DNA from: Flavobacteriales bacterium
GTDB lineage: Bacteria; Bacteroidota; Bacteroidia; Palsa-965
Assembly (NCBI GenBank): GCA_040377305.1
Contig: JBEIPA010000011.1
Coordinates: 64,001-128,000 of the forward strand
Direction of reading: 5' to 3'
Length of the DNA stretch: 64,000 nucleotides
Of the stretch, positions 10,146 through 20,513 are shown piece by piece; within the stretch, counting starts at the first letter, position 1; each line of letters opens with the position of its first letter. The notes beneath the pieces were generated by a model that ran no database searches, had not been told where the DNA came from, and saw nothing but the letters and a program-made list of their open reading frames with translations. The translations under genes were made by a program, and so were the position numbers.

Positions 10146-11120
10146 CTATTTCTCTCGTTGAGTGGTGTAGACAACCAGTTCGCGCAGTGCTTCTTTCGCT
10201 TCACCGTCTTTGAATTCGTTCAGGACACTCAACGCTTTCTCCTTGTACTCGTTCATCTTCTGCGTTGCGTATTCAATTCCTCCGCTCGTGTGTACGAACG
10301 CAATTACTTCTGCAACACGCTCCGGCTCTTCGTTGTGATTCTTCACGATGTTGATAATGCGTTTCTTTTCACTGCCTGAAGCTTTGCTCAATGCGTAAAT
10401 CAACGGCAACGTCATTTTCTTTTCCTTGATATCGATACCGGTTGGTTTACCGATGTCTCCAGGCTTACCGTAATCGAACAAATCGTCTTTGATCTGAAAT
10501 GCAATTCCGGTATGCTCACCGAACAAACGCATTTTATCTTCCACGTCTTTGTCCGGAGAAACGCTTGCCGCACCACATGCACAACAGGATGCAATGAGCG
10601 AAGCGGTTTTCTGACGAATGATATCGAAGTAAACCGGTTCAGCAATATCCAAGCGACGGGCTTTTTCAATCTGCAGCAATTCTCCTTCACTCATTTCACG
10701 AACTGCATTCGATACAATTCCCAGAAGGTGAAAATCTTTGTTGTCGACAGAAAGAAGTAATCCGCGGGAGAGAAGAAAATCGCCAACGAGAACCGCAATC
10801 TTGTTTTTCCAGAGTGCATTTACCGAAAAAAATCCGCGACGCATGTTGGAGTCATCAACTACGTCATCATGAACGAGTGTAGCGGTATGCAGCAATTCAA
10901 TCAACGCTGCCGCGCGATACGTAGAGTCGTTCACTTCACCGCACATCTTCGCCGATAAGAACACGAACATGGGACGGAGCTGCTTGCCTTTGCGCTTCAC
11001 GATATACGCCGTGATCTTGTCCAGCAAAGGCACATTGCTCTTCATAGAGTCTCTGAACTTTCGTTCAAAAAGCTCCATTTCTGCAGCTACTGGAGATTTG
11101 ATTTTGGAAATGACTGACAC
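10146..11120 (-). CDS. ispB: polyprenyl (octaprenyl-like) diphosphate synthase
   Basis: GKQLRP, LVHDDVVD, FQIKDD, GKPTGID motifs. Confidence 0.9.
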   Translation of the reverse strand: MSVISKIKSPVAAEMELFERKFRDSMKSNVPLLDKITAYIVKRKGKQLRPMFVFLSAKMCGEVNDSTYRAAALIELLHTATLVHDDVVDDSNMRRGFFSVNALWKNKIAVLVGDFLLSRGLLLSVDNKDFHLLGIVSNAVREMSEGELLQIEKARRLDIAEPVYFDIIRQKTASLIASCCACGAASVSPDKDVEDKMRLFGEHTGIAFQIKDDLFDYGKPGDIGKPTGIDIKEKKMTLPLIYALSKASGSEKKRIINIVKNHNEEPERVAEVIAFVHTSGGIEYATQKMNEYKEKALSVLNEFKDGEAKEALRELVVYTTQREK

Positions 11121-11136
11121 CGTGGTAAAGGTACTT

Positions 11137-11229
11137 AGTTTCCAGTTCCCAGTTCCCGGTTTTCGGTTGGAAAAGGTTCTTTATGAACGACAATTTAACA
11201 GGGAACAGGGAACGGGAAACCGGGAACGA
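11137..11229. repeat. 7-nt periodic GG(G/A)AAC arms in inverted orientation
   Basis: tttccagttcccagttcccggtt ... acagggaacagggaacgggaaaccgggaac; same unit at 17889-18047 and 61091-61176. Confidence 0.8.
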
Positions 11230-12771
11230 TTAGTCGAACTTGACCTCAGCGAGCTTGTACATACTCCGCCTCTGTCCATACAAAAACAACCGCTTTTCAC
11301 TGACACTCATGTACAGCTTCGGTCGCAAATAGGTCTTCAGATCCTCGCTTCGGAACATGGGCTGACGAACCTGATCGCCTTTCATGTCCATGCTCACCAG
11401 TACCGCCACCGACTTCTTCAGATTCCCCATGTACTTGTACTTCCCGTTGAGCGGAAGGTTCAGGTTTTTGGGATTATCGTTGAACATGAAGTATAGCGTG
11501 TTGTCGGTCACGTGGAGCGCAAACGAGAGATAATATCCGCCATCGTTGTGACTCACCTGCAGCTTTGGAATTTTACGTGTCCACTGAATTTTGCCATCCG
11601 GATTGATATTCACCACGATGATATCATTGTAATAGTAATAGTAAGTGCACGTGGTTGCGCCCGTTCTTGGATCTGTTGAGCAGACTTCGTATTCGTAATA
11701 TTGTTCAGCTACGAGAATCGCTCCTCCGTCTCCGCGTTGAACGAGATATCGAAGATTGTAGTTGTACAGTTCTTTCTTCTTTGCCGCGCGGCCTTCGCTC
11801 ATGAACTGAACAAGAAAGTCGGCTGAAAAATCCATTGTGCCTTCGGTTTCTACTTTCTTCGTTTCCTTATCAATCTTCATGTAGAAGGTGCCGATGATAT
11901 CGTGTGAGTTCTTGTTCGAGTAAAATCCGCTGCACACAATATCTCCGCTGTCGGTTACAGCCATGATAATATCGCTGATGAATTTCGGATCGAGCTTGAT
12001 ATTGTATTCGGTCAGTTCGCTTTTGTCGGGATTAAAAACCAATGCGGAGTGATAATACGTTGGCGTTTTTCTTCTTTCCTTCAGCGACATCCCGGATTGA
12101 TCTTCAGCGATTGTTGCAAGCATGTACACATGACCGCTGTCGGTAATGGTGTAATTCTGCAGTGAGAAATACTTGTCTTTGTATGGAGGTGCAACATCAT
12201 TCTTCCAGATGGTGGCGAGATTTTCGTCAATGAGCTGCATGGTGAATTTCTCATCCGCATATTTCTCGTACGGAGGATTTGCAACGATCAATATTTTGGT
12301 TGAGTCCTGCGACAAACGAAAATAGAACGAACCGCGATTTGATTTTTTATCGGCACTGATGCGCGCAACTTCTACCCACGCACGTGTAGGTGTTGCGCGA
12401 TCGTCGAGTAATTCTGCATACGCGAAGTTGATGTCTTTATCGCGATCGTAGTAAGTAGCGAATGCGATGATTTTTCCATTGATGAAAAACTGTGCGGCCG
12501 GAGTCAGAGAAACTCCATCGAAACGTTTGTGCGAAATACGCTTGGTGTAATCGAGGCCGAGGTCGGTCTGTTTGTAACGCTCAATGATCGGATCATCGCT
12601 ACCGAATGCCGATCTGTCCTGGCGTAAAGCGTAGACGTAAGCTTCATCGGCTCCGAGAAGGTTCGTCATCTCTGTTTTTCGCTCGGCTTTTTGGGGAATT
12701 CCCCAGGTTATTTCCACTTGTGCAGAAACCAGAGCCGGATAGAGAAGAAGCAGCAGAAATAATCGGAACAT
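11230..12771 (-). CDS. secreted hypothetical protein (beta-rich, possibly propeller)
   Basis: 513 aa; signal peptide ending SAQ; Bacteroidota-type motifs LVAEQYY and W...IPK.Q. Confidence 0.7.
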   Translation of the reverse strand: MFRLFLLLLLYPALVSAQVEITWGIPQKAERKTEMTNLLGADEAYVYALRQDRSAFGSDDPIIERYKQTDLGLDYTKRISHKRFDGVSLTPAAQFFINGKIIAFATYYDRDKDINFAYAELLDDRATPTRAWVEVARISADKKSNRGSFYFRLSQDSTKILIVANPPYEKYADEKFTMQLIDENLATIWKNDVAPPYKDKYFSLQNYTITDSGHVYMLATIAEDQSGMSLKERRKTPTYYHSALVFNPDKSELTEYNIKLDPKFISDIIMAVTDSGDIVCSGFYSNKNSHDIIGTFYMKIDKETKKVETEGTMDFSADFLVQFMSEGRAAKKKELYNYNLRYLVQRGDGGAILVAEQYYEYEVCSTDPRTGATTCTYYYYYNDIIVVNINPDGKIQWTRKIPKLQVSHNDGGYYLSFALHVTDNTLYFMFNDNPKNLNLPLNGKYKYMGNLKKSVAVLVSMDMKGDQVRQPMFRSEDLKTYLRPKLYMSVSEKRLFLYGQRRSMYKLAEVKFD

Positions 12772-12816
12772 AGGTTGCGCTTTTGTAACTTTATCAAAGC
12801 TACCTAATCAAAAGCG

Positions 12817-13554
12817 ATGTTCCGACTCACGGGCATTTTCTTTCTGTTGATTTTCACCCTCAGGATGGGTGCGCAAACTTCTACACCAGAAGATACAACC
12901 AGGCTGCAGAAGAAAACGATCAAGGTGAATGTAATCGATCCGAAAGGAAAGAAGCGCGTGCAGTACAATGGTGAACCGCTTTTTCTGGACAGTGTTCAGA
13001 AGGCAATCAAAGTTGATCCGTGCTTATTGTTTCGCGGAGAAATATCTGTTTTTTATGAATGGAGATTGAGTCGCCACTTTAGCGCAGAAGGATCTGTAGG
13101 AATCACGTTTATCGATTTTCTGTATGAGACTTTCGAAAACGGTGCGCAGTTTCTTCCGCAAGGAGAGCAAGCGAATCGGGTGCAGTTTCATACGGGCATT
13201 GCAGCAAGAATTCAACCGCGCTATTATCCCTCGCGTTATGAATCGGCAATAGAAGGATTGTACATCGCACCAACTTTCGTTTACCGTACCTGGAACATGG
13301 AGTATTTCGTGAGTAACGGATTGGTTTCGTTTCCGCACGATGTAAGACGCACGTGGACAGAATTCCGTTTGCAGGTCGGAGAACAGGATTGCGATCCGTA
13401 TTCAGTTGTATTCACGGAATGGTATCTCAACATCGGAATACAAATGAGAAATGACGATTACGTGGTAAGTCGCGGCGTGACTGCCGAGGTACGGCATGAA
13501 AATTACTCGCGAATGGTTTTTGGAGCGGGAATTAAAATCGGATTTGTACTCTAA
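12817..13554 (+). CDS. putative outer-membrane beta-barrel protein
   Basis: Signal peptide; alternating beta pattern; C-terminal GIKIGFVL. Confidence 0.65.
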   Translation: MFRLTGIFFLLIFTLRMGAQTSTPEDTTRLQKKTIKVNVIDPKGKKRVQYNGEPLFLDSVQKAIKVDPCLLFRGEISVFYEWRLSRHFSAEGSVGITFIDFLYETFENGAQFLPQGEQANRVQFHTGIAARIQPRYYPSRYESAIEGLYIAPTFVYRTWNMEYFVSNGLVSFPHDVRRTWTEFRLQVGEQDCDPYSVVFTEWYLNIGIQMRNDDYVVSRGVTAEVRHENYSRMVFGAGIKIGFVL

Positions 13555-13600
13555 ATCCGGCAGGCTTCAGCCGCCGAAGCATAGAGTTTGAAAAGGAAGA

Positions 13601-14656
13601 CTAGATTTTTTTCACGGCAGCATTCTTATTGGCAAGTTGCCCACAAGCCGCATCAATATCTTTCCCGCGACTTCTTCTCACATTCACAATCACACCACGT
13701 TCTTCGAGCACATTTTTGAAAGTCTCGAGTCGCTCAGGAAGTGTCTGTTGAAATTCTCCTCCGTCTATCGGATTGTATTCAATGATGTTCACTTTCGCAG
13801 TTACACGCTGACAGAATGCAAGAAGTTCTTTCGCGTCCTGTACACTGTCGTTGAAATCTTTGAACACGATGAACTCGAAAGTCACACGCGTCCCTGTTTT
13901 GTCGTAGAAATGATTTAACGCATCCGCCAATGAATCGAGTGTATTCTGTTCATTGATCGGCATGATGTGATTCCGTTTCGCATCATTCGCAGCGTGTAAT
14001 GAAAGTGCAAGATTGAATTTCACTTCATCATCGCCGAGCTTTCTGATCATCTTCGCAATTCCCGCAGTGGAAACAGTAATTCGTTGCGGCGACATTCCTA
14101 AACCATCGGGAGAAGTGATGCGATCCACCGACTTTATCATGTTGCTGTAGTTGAGCAGAGGTTCGCCCATTCCCATGTATACGATGTTCGAGAGTGGTGC
14201 ATTGTATCGTTCCATGGATTGATTACGAATCAGCACAACCTGATCGTACATTTCTTCTGCATCGAGATTGCGTAGTCGTTCCAATCGCCCGGTTGCACAG
14301 AACTTGCAGGTGAGACTGCAACCAACCTGTGAAGAAATGCAGGCCGTCATTCTCGTGTCGGTGGGAATCAAAACACCTTCTACGATATTTCCATCGTGCA
14401 AACGAAACGCACTTTTGATTGTACGATCGCGACTTACCTGAAAGTTATCGATCGTTACAATTGGGAACGAGAAATTCTCAGTGAGCAGTGCACGCGTTTC
14501 TTTCGAGATGTTCGACATCTCATCAAAGCTGCGTGCCGATTTCATCCACAGCCATTCCCACGCTTGTTTTGCCCGGAAAGCTTTTTCGCCGTGATCGAGG
14601 AAGAATTGCTTGAGTTCTTCAGACGTTAGGGAGCGGATGTTTTTCTTGGTGTTCAC
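13601..14656 (-). CDS. rlmN: 23S rRNA m2A2503 / tRNA methyltransferase (radical SAM)
   Basis: CISSQVGCSLTCKFCATG, MGMGEP, DIDAACGQL; start moved to GTG at 14656. Confidence 0.97.
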   Translation of the reverse strand: MNTKKNIRSLTSEELKQFFLDHGEKAFRAKQAWEWLWMKSARSFDEMSNISKETRALLTENFSFPIVTIDNFQVSRDRTIKSAFRLHDGNIVEGVLIPTDTRMTACISSQVGCSLTCKFCATGRLERLRNLDAEEMYDQVVLIRNQSMERYNAPLSNIVYMGMGEPLLNYSNMIKSVDRITSPDGLGMSPQRITVSTAGIAKMIRKLGDDEVKFNLALSLHAANDAKRNHIMPINEQNTLDSLADALNHFYDKTGTRVTFEFIVFKDFNDSVQDAKELLAFCQRVTAKVNIIEYNPIDGGEFQQTLPERLETFKNVLEERGVIVNVRRSRGKDIDAACGQLANKNAAVKKI

Positions 14657-14700
14657 TGTGCAAAGGTACGGAGAAAGAGATTGGGGCAATGCCCTAATTT

Positions 14701-15600
14701 CTACTGCAACGGTCTCTTCTTCACCATTCCACCACTGGTATCATTGATACTTTGGTAAATGATGAATGCATTCTCATCAATCAATTCGATCTCCGTTTTG
14801 AGCCGGGAAATTTCGAGACGAGTGATAACGGTATAAACAACATCAATCTCTCCTTGCTTGCCGTGTTTACCGTATCCGCCTTTACCGACGAAAATGGTTA
14901 CACCGCGACCCATTTTCTCAATAATCATTTTGCGGATGGCGTCGCTATGTGCAGAAACAATTGTGACTCCCGTGTGTTCTTCGATTCCGTGAACCACGAA
15001 GTCGATTGCTTTGGATGCAGCAAAATAGGTGAGAAGTGAATAGAGCGAGATCACGAGTGTAAATTTGAAAGCAGCGACAGCGAAAATGATTACGTTGATG
15101 ATGAGGATGACATCGCCGATACTGAGTCCGCTTTTTCTTCCGGTATAAACAGCAAGAACTTCTGTGCCGTCAATTACGCAACCTCCGCGTATACATAACC
15201 CAATACCCAAGCCTAGGAAGAAGCCACCGAATACTGCGACCAGTAGTTTGTCGTCGGTCACCGAATCAATCGGAATAAACGCAATGGCCAACGCAAGCGC
15301 ACAAATTGCTCCCAACGTTTTCATCGCGAAGCGGAGATTGAACTGTTTGATCGCAAGCAAAATGAATGGGATGTTGATCACCACGATCAAAATGGGTAGT
15401 GACCAACCCGTTATCGCATTCACGAGCAGACAAATTCCTGTTACACCTCCATCCAGAAAATGGTTGGGCAGTACAAAGCCTTTCAATCCGAAGGATGCCG
15501 ATAGCACACCCAGAATCATGAGCAAGAAGCCGCGAATCTCACCGCTTACGAGCTTGCGGCTGATACGTCCAAACACAGGTGCATTCAACATCTTCTTCAT
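14701..15600 (-). CDS. YitT family membrane protein
   Basis: DGGVTG, DGTEVLA, MGRGVT, C-terminal DUF2179-like IDENAFI; start moved to 15600. Confidence 0.88.
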   Translation of the reverse strand: MKKMLNAPVFGRISRKLVSGEIRGFLLMILGVLSASFGLKGFVLPNHFLDGGVTGICLLVNAITGWSLPILIVVINIPFILLAIKQFNLRFAMKTLGAICALALAIAFIPIDSVTDDKLLVAVFGGFFLGLGIGLCIRGGCVIDGTEVLAVYTGRKSGLSIGDVILIINVIIFAVAAFKFTLVISLYSLLTYFAASKAIDFVVHGIEEHTGVTIVSAHSDAIRKMIIEKMGRGVTIFVGKGGYGKHGKQGEIDVVYTVITRLEISRLKTEIELIDENAFIIYQSINDTSGGMVKKRPLQ

Positions 15601-15669
15601 GCGTTGATCAAAATACGGCAAATATTTCGGAATCGCGTGGAACGTTCTCCGGCGGCGTCAGTATAGCTG

Positions 15670-15797
15670 CTTTACCACGGCGGCACGGCGAGCACAGCGA
15701 AATATTTTTAACTTTTGGTGAGCGCGGCTCGACGGTTGTTTCAATGTGTCGAGGTCGAAATTCAAATTGCCGTGCTCGCCGTGCCACCGTGGTAAAG
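15670..15797. repeat. ACCACGGCG-core inverted repeat element
   Basis: 26-bp near-perfect IR at 15670-15695/15772-15797; core shared with the elements at 21794, 52205 and 60626. Confidence 0.75.
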
Positions 15798-15840
15798 TTG
15801 CCGCATGGCGGCAAGCCACCGAAATCCGTAGTTTTGTTGT

Positions 15841-17004
15841 ATGCGTTTGCTTACAGCCGATTACATCTTCAACGGAGAAGCGTTTTTTCAGAATGCAGTT
15901 CTCGTTTTAAACGATGACGGTTCGATCAAAGAATTTATTTCTGTGGCGGATCGTGCCCAACTTGAGGCAGCAGAAAAATTCAGTGGTACTCTTTCCCCGG
16001 GTTTTATCAACGCGCATTGTCACCTCGAACTTTCTCACATGATCGGCAAGGTGACACCGGGAAAAGGTTTTGCAAAGTTCGCTACAGAATTAATTCCTCA
16101 GCGCAACTGGATTTCTCCCGAACAAATTGCAGAAGTCTGCGCCGAAGCCGATGTAGAAATGTACGCGAACGGAATTTCCGCAGTGGGCGACATCTCCAAC
16201 TTCACCCATTCCTTTGCAGCGAAAGCCGATTCTAAAATTGCTTATCACACATTTATAGAGTTGCTGGGTATAAATCCTATTGCGTCTCAGCGGATTTTCG
16301 ATGAAGGAATGAAACTGAAAGTGCTTACACCACAATCGAAATCACTTTCACCGCATGCACCGTATTCTGTCTCAGCTGATCTTCTTCAACTAATTAGTCG
16401 CGAAGAGGATAGCGCGAAAAGCGTTGTGACCATTCACAATCAGGAAAGCAAAGCAGAAAGTGAATTTACCGAACGCGGAACAGGTGATGTGCTGCAAATA
16501 TTCGAAATGTTTGGAATCGATATTTCCTGGTACAAACCTTCCGGAAAGAATTCACTGCACACAACATTGCCAAATCTCCTGGGCGCATTCAATCTGCTGC
16601 TCGTTCACAATACGTTTTCTTCTGCTGCCGATATTCAGTGGGCACACATACAACACGAACAGCTCTACTGGTGTTTGTGTCCGAATGCAAATCTCTATAT
16701 CGAAAAATCACTTCCGGATGTGATGATGATGCGCGATAACAACTGCCGCATTGTAATTGGAACCGATAGTCTCGCGTCTAATCATCAACTCAGCATTCTC
16801 GAAGAGCTGAAAGTGCTGCACAAAAACTTTCCGGAGATTCCGGTTGCGGAATTGCTTACTTGGGCGACGAAGAATGGAGCCGCGGCACTGAAGATGGATT
16901 CACTTGGAAGTTTTGAGCAAGGAAAGAAGCCTGGAGTGGTTCACCTTGATGGATTTTCGCCTTTGGAAATTACGATGAAAGCCAGATCGATCCGGGTTGA
17001 TTAG
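15841..17004 (+). CDS. metal-dependent amidohydrolase (SsnA/MtaD-like nucleoside deaminase)
   Basis: [33 protein letters not shown]. Confidence 0.85.
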   Translation: MRLLTADYIFNGEAFFQNAVLVLNDDGSIKEFISVADRAQLEAAEKFSGTLSPGFINAHCHLELSHMIGKVTPGKGFAKFATELIPQRNWISPEQIAEVCAEADVEMYANGISAVGDISNFTHSFAAKADSKIAYHTFIELLGINPIASQRIFDEGMKLKVLTPQSKSLSPHAPYSVSADLLQLISREEDSAKSVVTIHNQESKAESEFTERGTGDVLQIFEMFGIDISWYKPSGKNSLHTTLPNLLGAFNLLLVHNTFSSAADIQWAHIQHEQLYWCLCPNANLYIEKSLPDVMMMRDNNCRIVIGTDSLASNHQLSILEELKVLHKNFPEIPVAELLTWATKNGAAALKMDSLGSFEQGKKPGVVHLDGFSPLEITMKARSIRVD

Positions 17005-17168
17005 TTGATTTCCGATTAGTTGATTTCCGATGGTTGTGGTTGACCACTTGTGCACCGCAGTTGTGCACGGAACAACTCGGCACGAAATTCATAGCTAGAG
17101 TAGAAAATGACTGCCTACATTGGAAACGCAGACATCAACTAATCGGACATCGAAAATCAACTAATCGA
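16998..17168. repeat. GATTAGTTGATTTCC tandem / ATCAACTAATCG inverted element
   Basis: Two 15-mers overlap the amidohydrolase stop, with inverted copies at 17134-17166; same unit at 36910-36937. Confidence 0.75.
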
Positions 17169-17169
17169 A

Positions 17170-17871
17170 TTACGGGTGCGTCCCACCACTCATATCCCCA
17201 GTCGTATCCTTGAGTAAAGCTTCCGCAACAATCAAATCAATTCGTGTGGTGAGTTTGAAGTTGTTTGTATTTCCGTCAACGAGATGAACTTCATTACCAT
17301 CCGCTTCTACAACGGATGCATCATCGGTAAACTGGTAACGATATTCCTGTCTGTATGCTTTCGCGAGAATGGAAAGCTGGAAACACTGCGGAGTTTGTAC
17401 CAAACAAAATTTTGTGCGATCAACAGAAACAGATTGCTTCGATTCTATCTGTCGGATGGAATCATTCAGCGGCACAGCAGGAATTCCGCTGCCGTAACGT
17501 TCTGCAGATTTAAATGCGCCTGAAATTGTTTTATGGGAAACTAAGGGTCGCACTGAATCGTGAATGCCAACGAGGGCTTCTTCTTCCTGGATGAGCGCCA
17601 ATCCGTTCTTTACCGATTCAAAACGCGTTTCTCCGCCGGCAGTAATCTGTACGGGAACTTGCACATTGTAATCTGCCACAATTTTCTCCCACGTCCCGAA
17701 CTGATCTTTCGGAAGAACAAGAATGATTTTGATTTCCGGATTGTACGACGCGAACGCCTGGATGCTGTGCAACAAAACCGGTTTTCCATCGAGCTTGAGG
17801 AATTGTTTTGGGGTAGGAAGGTGCATTCTTGAACCTCGACCTGCTGCGACGATGATTACGTATTGTTTCAC
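17170..17871 (-). CDS. ispD: 2-C-methyl-D-erythritol 4-phosphate cytidylyltransferase
   Basis: VAAGRGSRM, PKQFL, IHDSVRP, VQTPQ, FTDDASV. Confidence 0.93.
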   Translation of the reverse strand: MKQYVIIVAAGRGSRMHLPTPKQFLKLDGKPVLLHSIQAFASYNPEIKIILVLPKDQFGTWEKIVADYNVQVPVQITAGGETRFESVKNGLALIQEEEALVGIHDSVRPLVSHKTISGAFKSAERYGSGIPAVPLNDSIRQIESKQSVSVDRTKFCLVQTPQCFQLSILAKAYRQEYRYQFTDDASVVEADGNEVHLVDGNTNNFKLTTRIDLIVAEALLKDTTGDMSGGTHP

Positions 17872-17888
17872 GCGATGAAAGTAGTTAA

Positions 17889-18047
17889 AGTTTCCTGTTT
17901 CCCGTTTCCTGTTTCCCGTTCGTGGGGCGGAGAAATTTCAACAAGTGTTAATTGCCTGAAAACAAAAACGCCGTTCTCAAGTTTTCACTTTTGAACGGCG
18001 TCTGTATTGGTTCACAACCGGAAACCGGAAACTGGAAACCGGGAACT
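17889..18047. repeat. 7-nt periodic GGAAAC arms in inverted orientation
   Basis: tttcctgtttcccgtttcctgtttcccgtt ... ccggaaaccggaaactggaaaccgggaact. Confidence 0.8.
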
Positions 18048-19095
18048 AAACGATCAGCATCGCATCCCCATAACTCAGGAAACGATATTTCTCTTTCACC
18101 GCTTCTTTGTACGCCTTCATCACGTTATCGTAACCACCGAAGGCAGTTACCATCATGAGAAGTGTAGACTCCGGAGCGTGGAAGTTCGTCACCATTGCAT
18201 TTGCAATAGAGAAGTCGTGTGGCGGGAACAGGAACTTGTTTGTCCACCCGGAAAACGGCTTCAGCATTCCTTCAGTCGAAACAGAAGTTTCAGTAGCACG
18301 CATGCAGGTTGTTCCTACAGCGCAAATACGTTTCTTCGCGCGTTTCGCTTTGTTCACCATATCAGCACACAGCTGTGGAATTTCCAATTGCTCAGATTCC
18401 ATTTTGTGCTTGGTGAGATCTTCAACCTCAACCGGACGGAATGAACCAAGTCCAACATGAAGTGTGAGTGTAGGGAAATCAATTCCTTTCAGCTCGAGAC
18501 GCTTCAAAAGTTCGCGGCTGTAGTGCAATCCTGCTGTTGGAGCAGCAACTGCGCCTTCTACTTTCGCGTAAACTGTTTGGTAACGCTCGGTGTCATCTTC
18601 CTGTAACGGACGACGAATGTATTTTGGGATCGGACAATTTCCGAGTGCCTCAATAGTTGCCTTAAATTCTTCGAACGGACCGTCGAACAGGAAGCGAAGT
18701 GTGCGTCCACGTGAAGTTGTGTTGTCGATTACTTCTGCTACCAACGAATCGTCTTCACCGAAGTACAATTTGTTTCCGATACGGATTTTGCGTGCAGGAT
18801 CAACGAGCACATCCCACAGGCGGCTTTCGCGGTTCAATTCGCGAAGCAGGAAAACTTCAATTTTAGCACCCGTCTTTTCCTTGTTGCCATAAAGACGTGC
18901 AGGAAAAACTTTAGTGTCATTCAGAATCATCACATCTCCGTCGTCGAAGTAGTTGATGATGTCCTTAAAAATTTTGTGTTCGATTTTTCCTGTCTTGCGA
19001 TGGAGAACCATCATGCGCGACTCATCGCGATTCTTTGCAGGAAAGTCAGCCACGAGATCACGCGGCAGATTGAATTTAAACTGCGATAATTTCAT
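18046..19095 (-). CDS. queA: S-adenosylmethionine:tRNA ribosyltransferase-isomerase
   Basis: [40 protein letters not shown]. Confidence 0.98.
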   Translation of the reverse strand: MKLSQFKFNLPRDLVADFPAKNRDESRMMVLHRKTGKIEHKIFKDIINYFDDGDVMILNDTKVFPARLYGNKEKTGAKIEVFLLRELNRESRLWDVLVDPARKIRIGNKLYFGEDDSLVAEVIDNTTSRGRTLRFLFDGPFEEFKATIEALGNCPIPKYIRRPLQEDDTERYQTVYAKVEGAVAAPTAGLHYSRELLKRLELKGIDFPTLTLHVGLGSFRPVEVEDLTKHKMESEQLEIPQLCADMVNKAKRAKKRICAVGTTCMRATETSVSTEGMLKPFSGWTNKFLFPPHDFSIANAMVTNFHAPESTLLMMVTAFGGYDNVMKAYKEAVKEKYRFLSYGDAMLIV

Positions 19096-19225
19096 AAAAA
19101 TGCGTCCTTACGGGGACGTCCGATTTTACATCGTCCAGACGGAAATTGTCGTCAGGCCGAAAAGTTTGAAGTCCCGTCGAAGTGAGCTTTATTCTTGCCT
19201 CGCTCCATTCCCCGACAGGTGCTCG

Positions 19226-19257
19226 CAAATGTACGCTTGCGAGGGGGCCGTTGTCAA
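19226..19257 (-). promoter_or_regulatory. Bacteroidota primary-sigma promoter of queA
   Basis: TTG at 19255-19257, 21-nt spacer, TACATTTG at 19226-19233; implies a ~125-nt leader. Confidence 0.7.
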
Positions 19258-19374
19258 GTAAAGACACGAGTATTTTCACCGCAAACAGGGAAATGATCCA
19301 ATGAGTCAATGATTCGATGATCCAATTGAAGCTCGGAGATGTATCGAATACCTGCTGTGAGCTATATTTAAGAT

Positions 19375-19659
19375 GTGGTAACGCTCATCGTGCTCGGATC
19401 ATTCGGTATCGTTCAGGCGGTTTTCTATTGGATGTGCATTCGCAGGAGATGGAATTATGTTGACTACGCGATGTTGGCGTTTGCAATTTTCTGCAATTGC
19501 TGGTTGATCCCTAAGCTATTGATGGATCCTCACCCGTACGAAGATGGATGTGCAATGTCGTACAATGAAATTACCCGTGGATTTTGTTTTATTCTCGGAA
19601 ATGTGATCTCCGCGGTGCTCTTCCTTGTTTATGTTGTTTTAAGAAGAGAACGCAAGTAG
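19375..19659 (+). CDS. small membrane protein (3 TM)
   Basis: 94 aa with three hydrophobic segments, GTG start; oriented against the truB-queA run. Confidence 0.6.
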   Translation: MVTLIVLGSFGIVQAVFYWMCIRRRWNYVDYAMLAFAIFCNCWLIPKLLMDPHPYEDGCAMSYNEITRGFCFILGNVISAVLFLVYVVLRRERK

Positions 19660-19796
19660 AACCATACTACGTCATGTGCGGCTGGATTTCTTTGCGGTCC
19701 TTTGCGCCTCAGCGCCTTTGCAGTAAATGACCATGAAGATTCAGGTTCTCAGAAAAAAGCCGTGATCTCGGTTCTCCCACCAAAGCCACAATACCG

Positions 19797-20513
19797 TTAA
19801 CCAAGAATCGCCTGAAATTGTTCAATGCTCATCGCACCTTCCAACTTAAAATTTCCAATTCTGGTTCTCACCAATTTTCTGAGATACGCCCCTGATCCTA
19901 AGGCAAGACCGAAATCTCTAGCGAGCGATCTGATGTAAGTTCCCTTACTGCACACCACACGAAAATCGAACTCCAGCACCTGTTTCTCCGGATGACTTTC
20001 ATTCTCCACCTGACGAAACGCCGAGATCTCAAATTCACTGATGGTAACTCGTCGCGGTGGCAATTCAACAGCTGTACCCGCACGTGCCTTATCGTAAGAG
20101 CGTTTGCCTTCAACCTGAATGGCAGAGAAAATGGGTGGAATCTGATCAATTTCCCCAGTGAGACTTTTTACCGCAACATCAACGGCTTCCTGGCGAATGT
20201 GATTCACCGCGAAGTAATGATCAACTTCTTTCTCCAGATCGTAACAAGGAGTAGTTGCACCAACAACAAATGTTCCGGTGTATTCTTTCTCCTGCGCCTG
20301 ATACTGATCAATATTCTTCGTTTGTTTTCCGGTGCAGATAATGAGCAATCCTGTCGCTAGCGGATCGAGCGTTCCCGCATGACCAACTTTCAGTTTCACA
20401 CCGAGTTTCTGCTTGAGCATCCAACGGATTTTGTTCACCGCATCGAAAGAAGTCCACGTAAGTGGCTTATCGATGAGCAAAACTTCTCCGGCAATGAAGT
20501 CGTAGGTTTTCAA
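19797..20513 (-). CDS. truB: tRNA pseudouridine(55) synthase
   Basis: KVGHAGTLDPLATG, CSKGTYIRSLARD. Confidence 0.97.
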   Translation of the reverse strand: MKTYDFIAGEVLLIDKPLTWTSFDAVNKIRWMLKQKLGVKLKVGHAGTLDPLATGLLIICTGKQTKNIDQYQAQEKEYTGTFVVGATTPCYDLEKEVDHYFAVNHIRQEAVDVAVKSLTGEIDQIPPIFSAIQVEGKRSYDKARAGTAVELPPRRVTISEFEISAFRQVENESHPEKQVLEFDFRVVCSKGTYIRSLARDFGLALGSGAYLRKLVRTRIGNFKLEGAMSIEQFQAILG

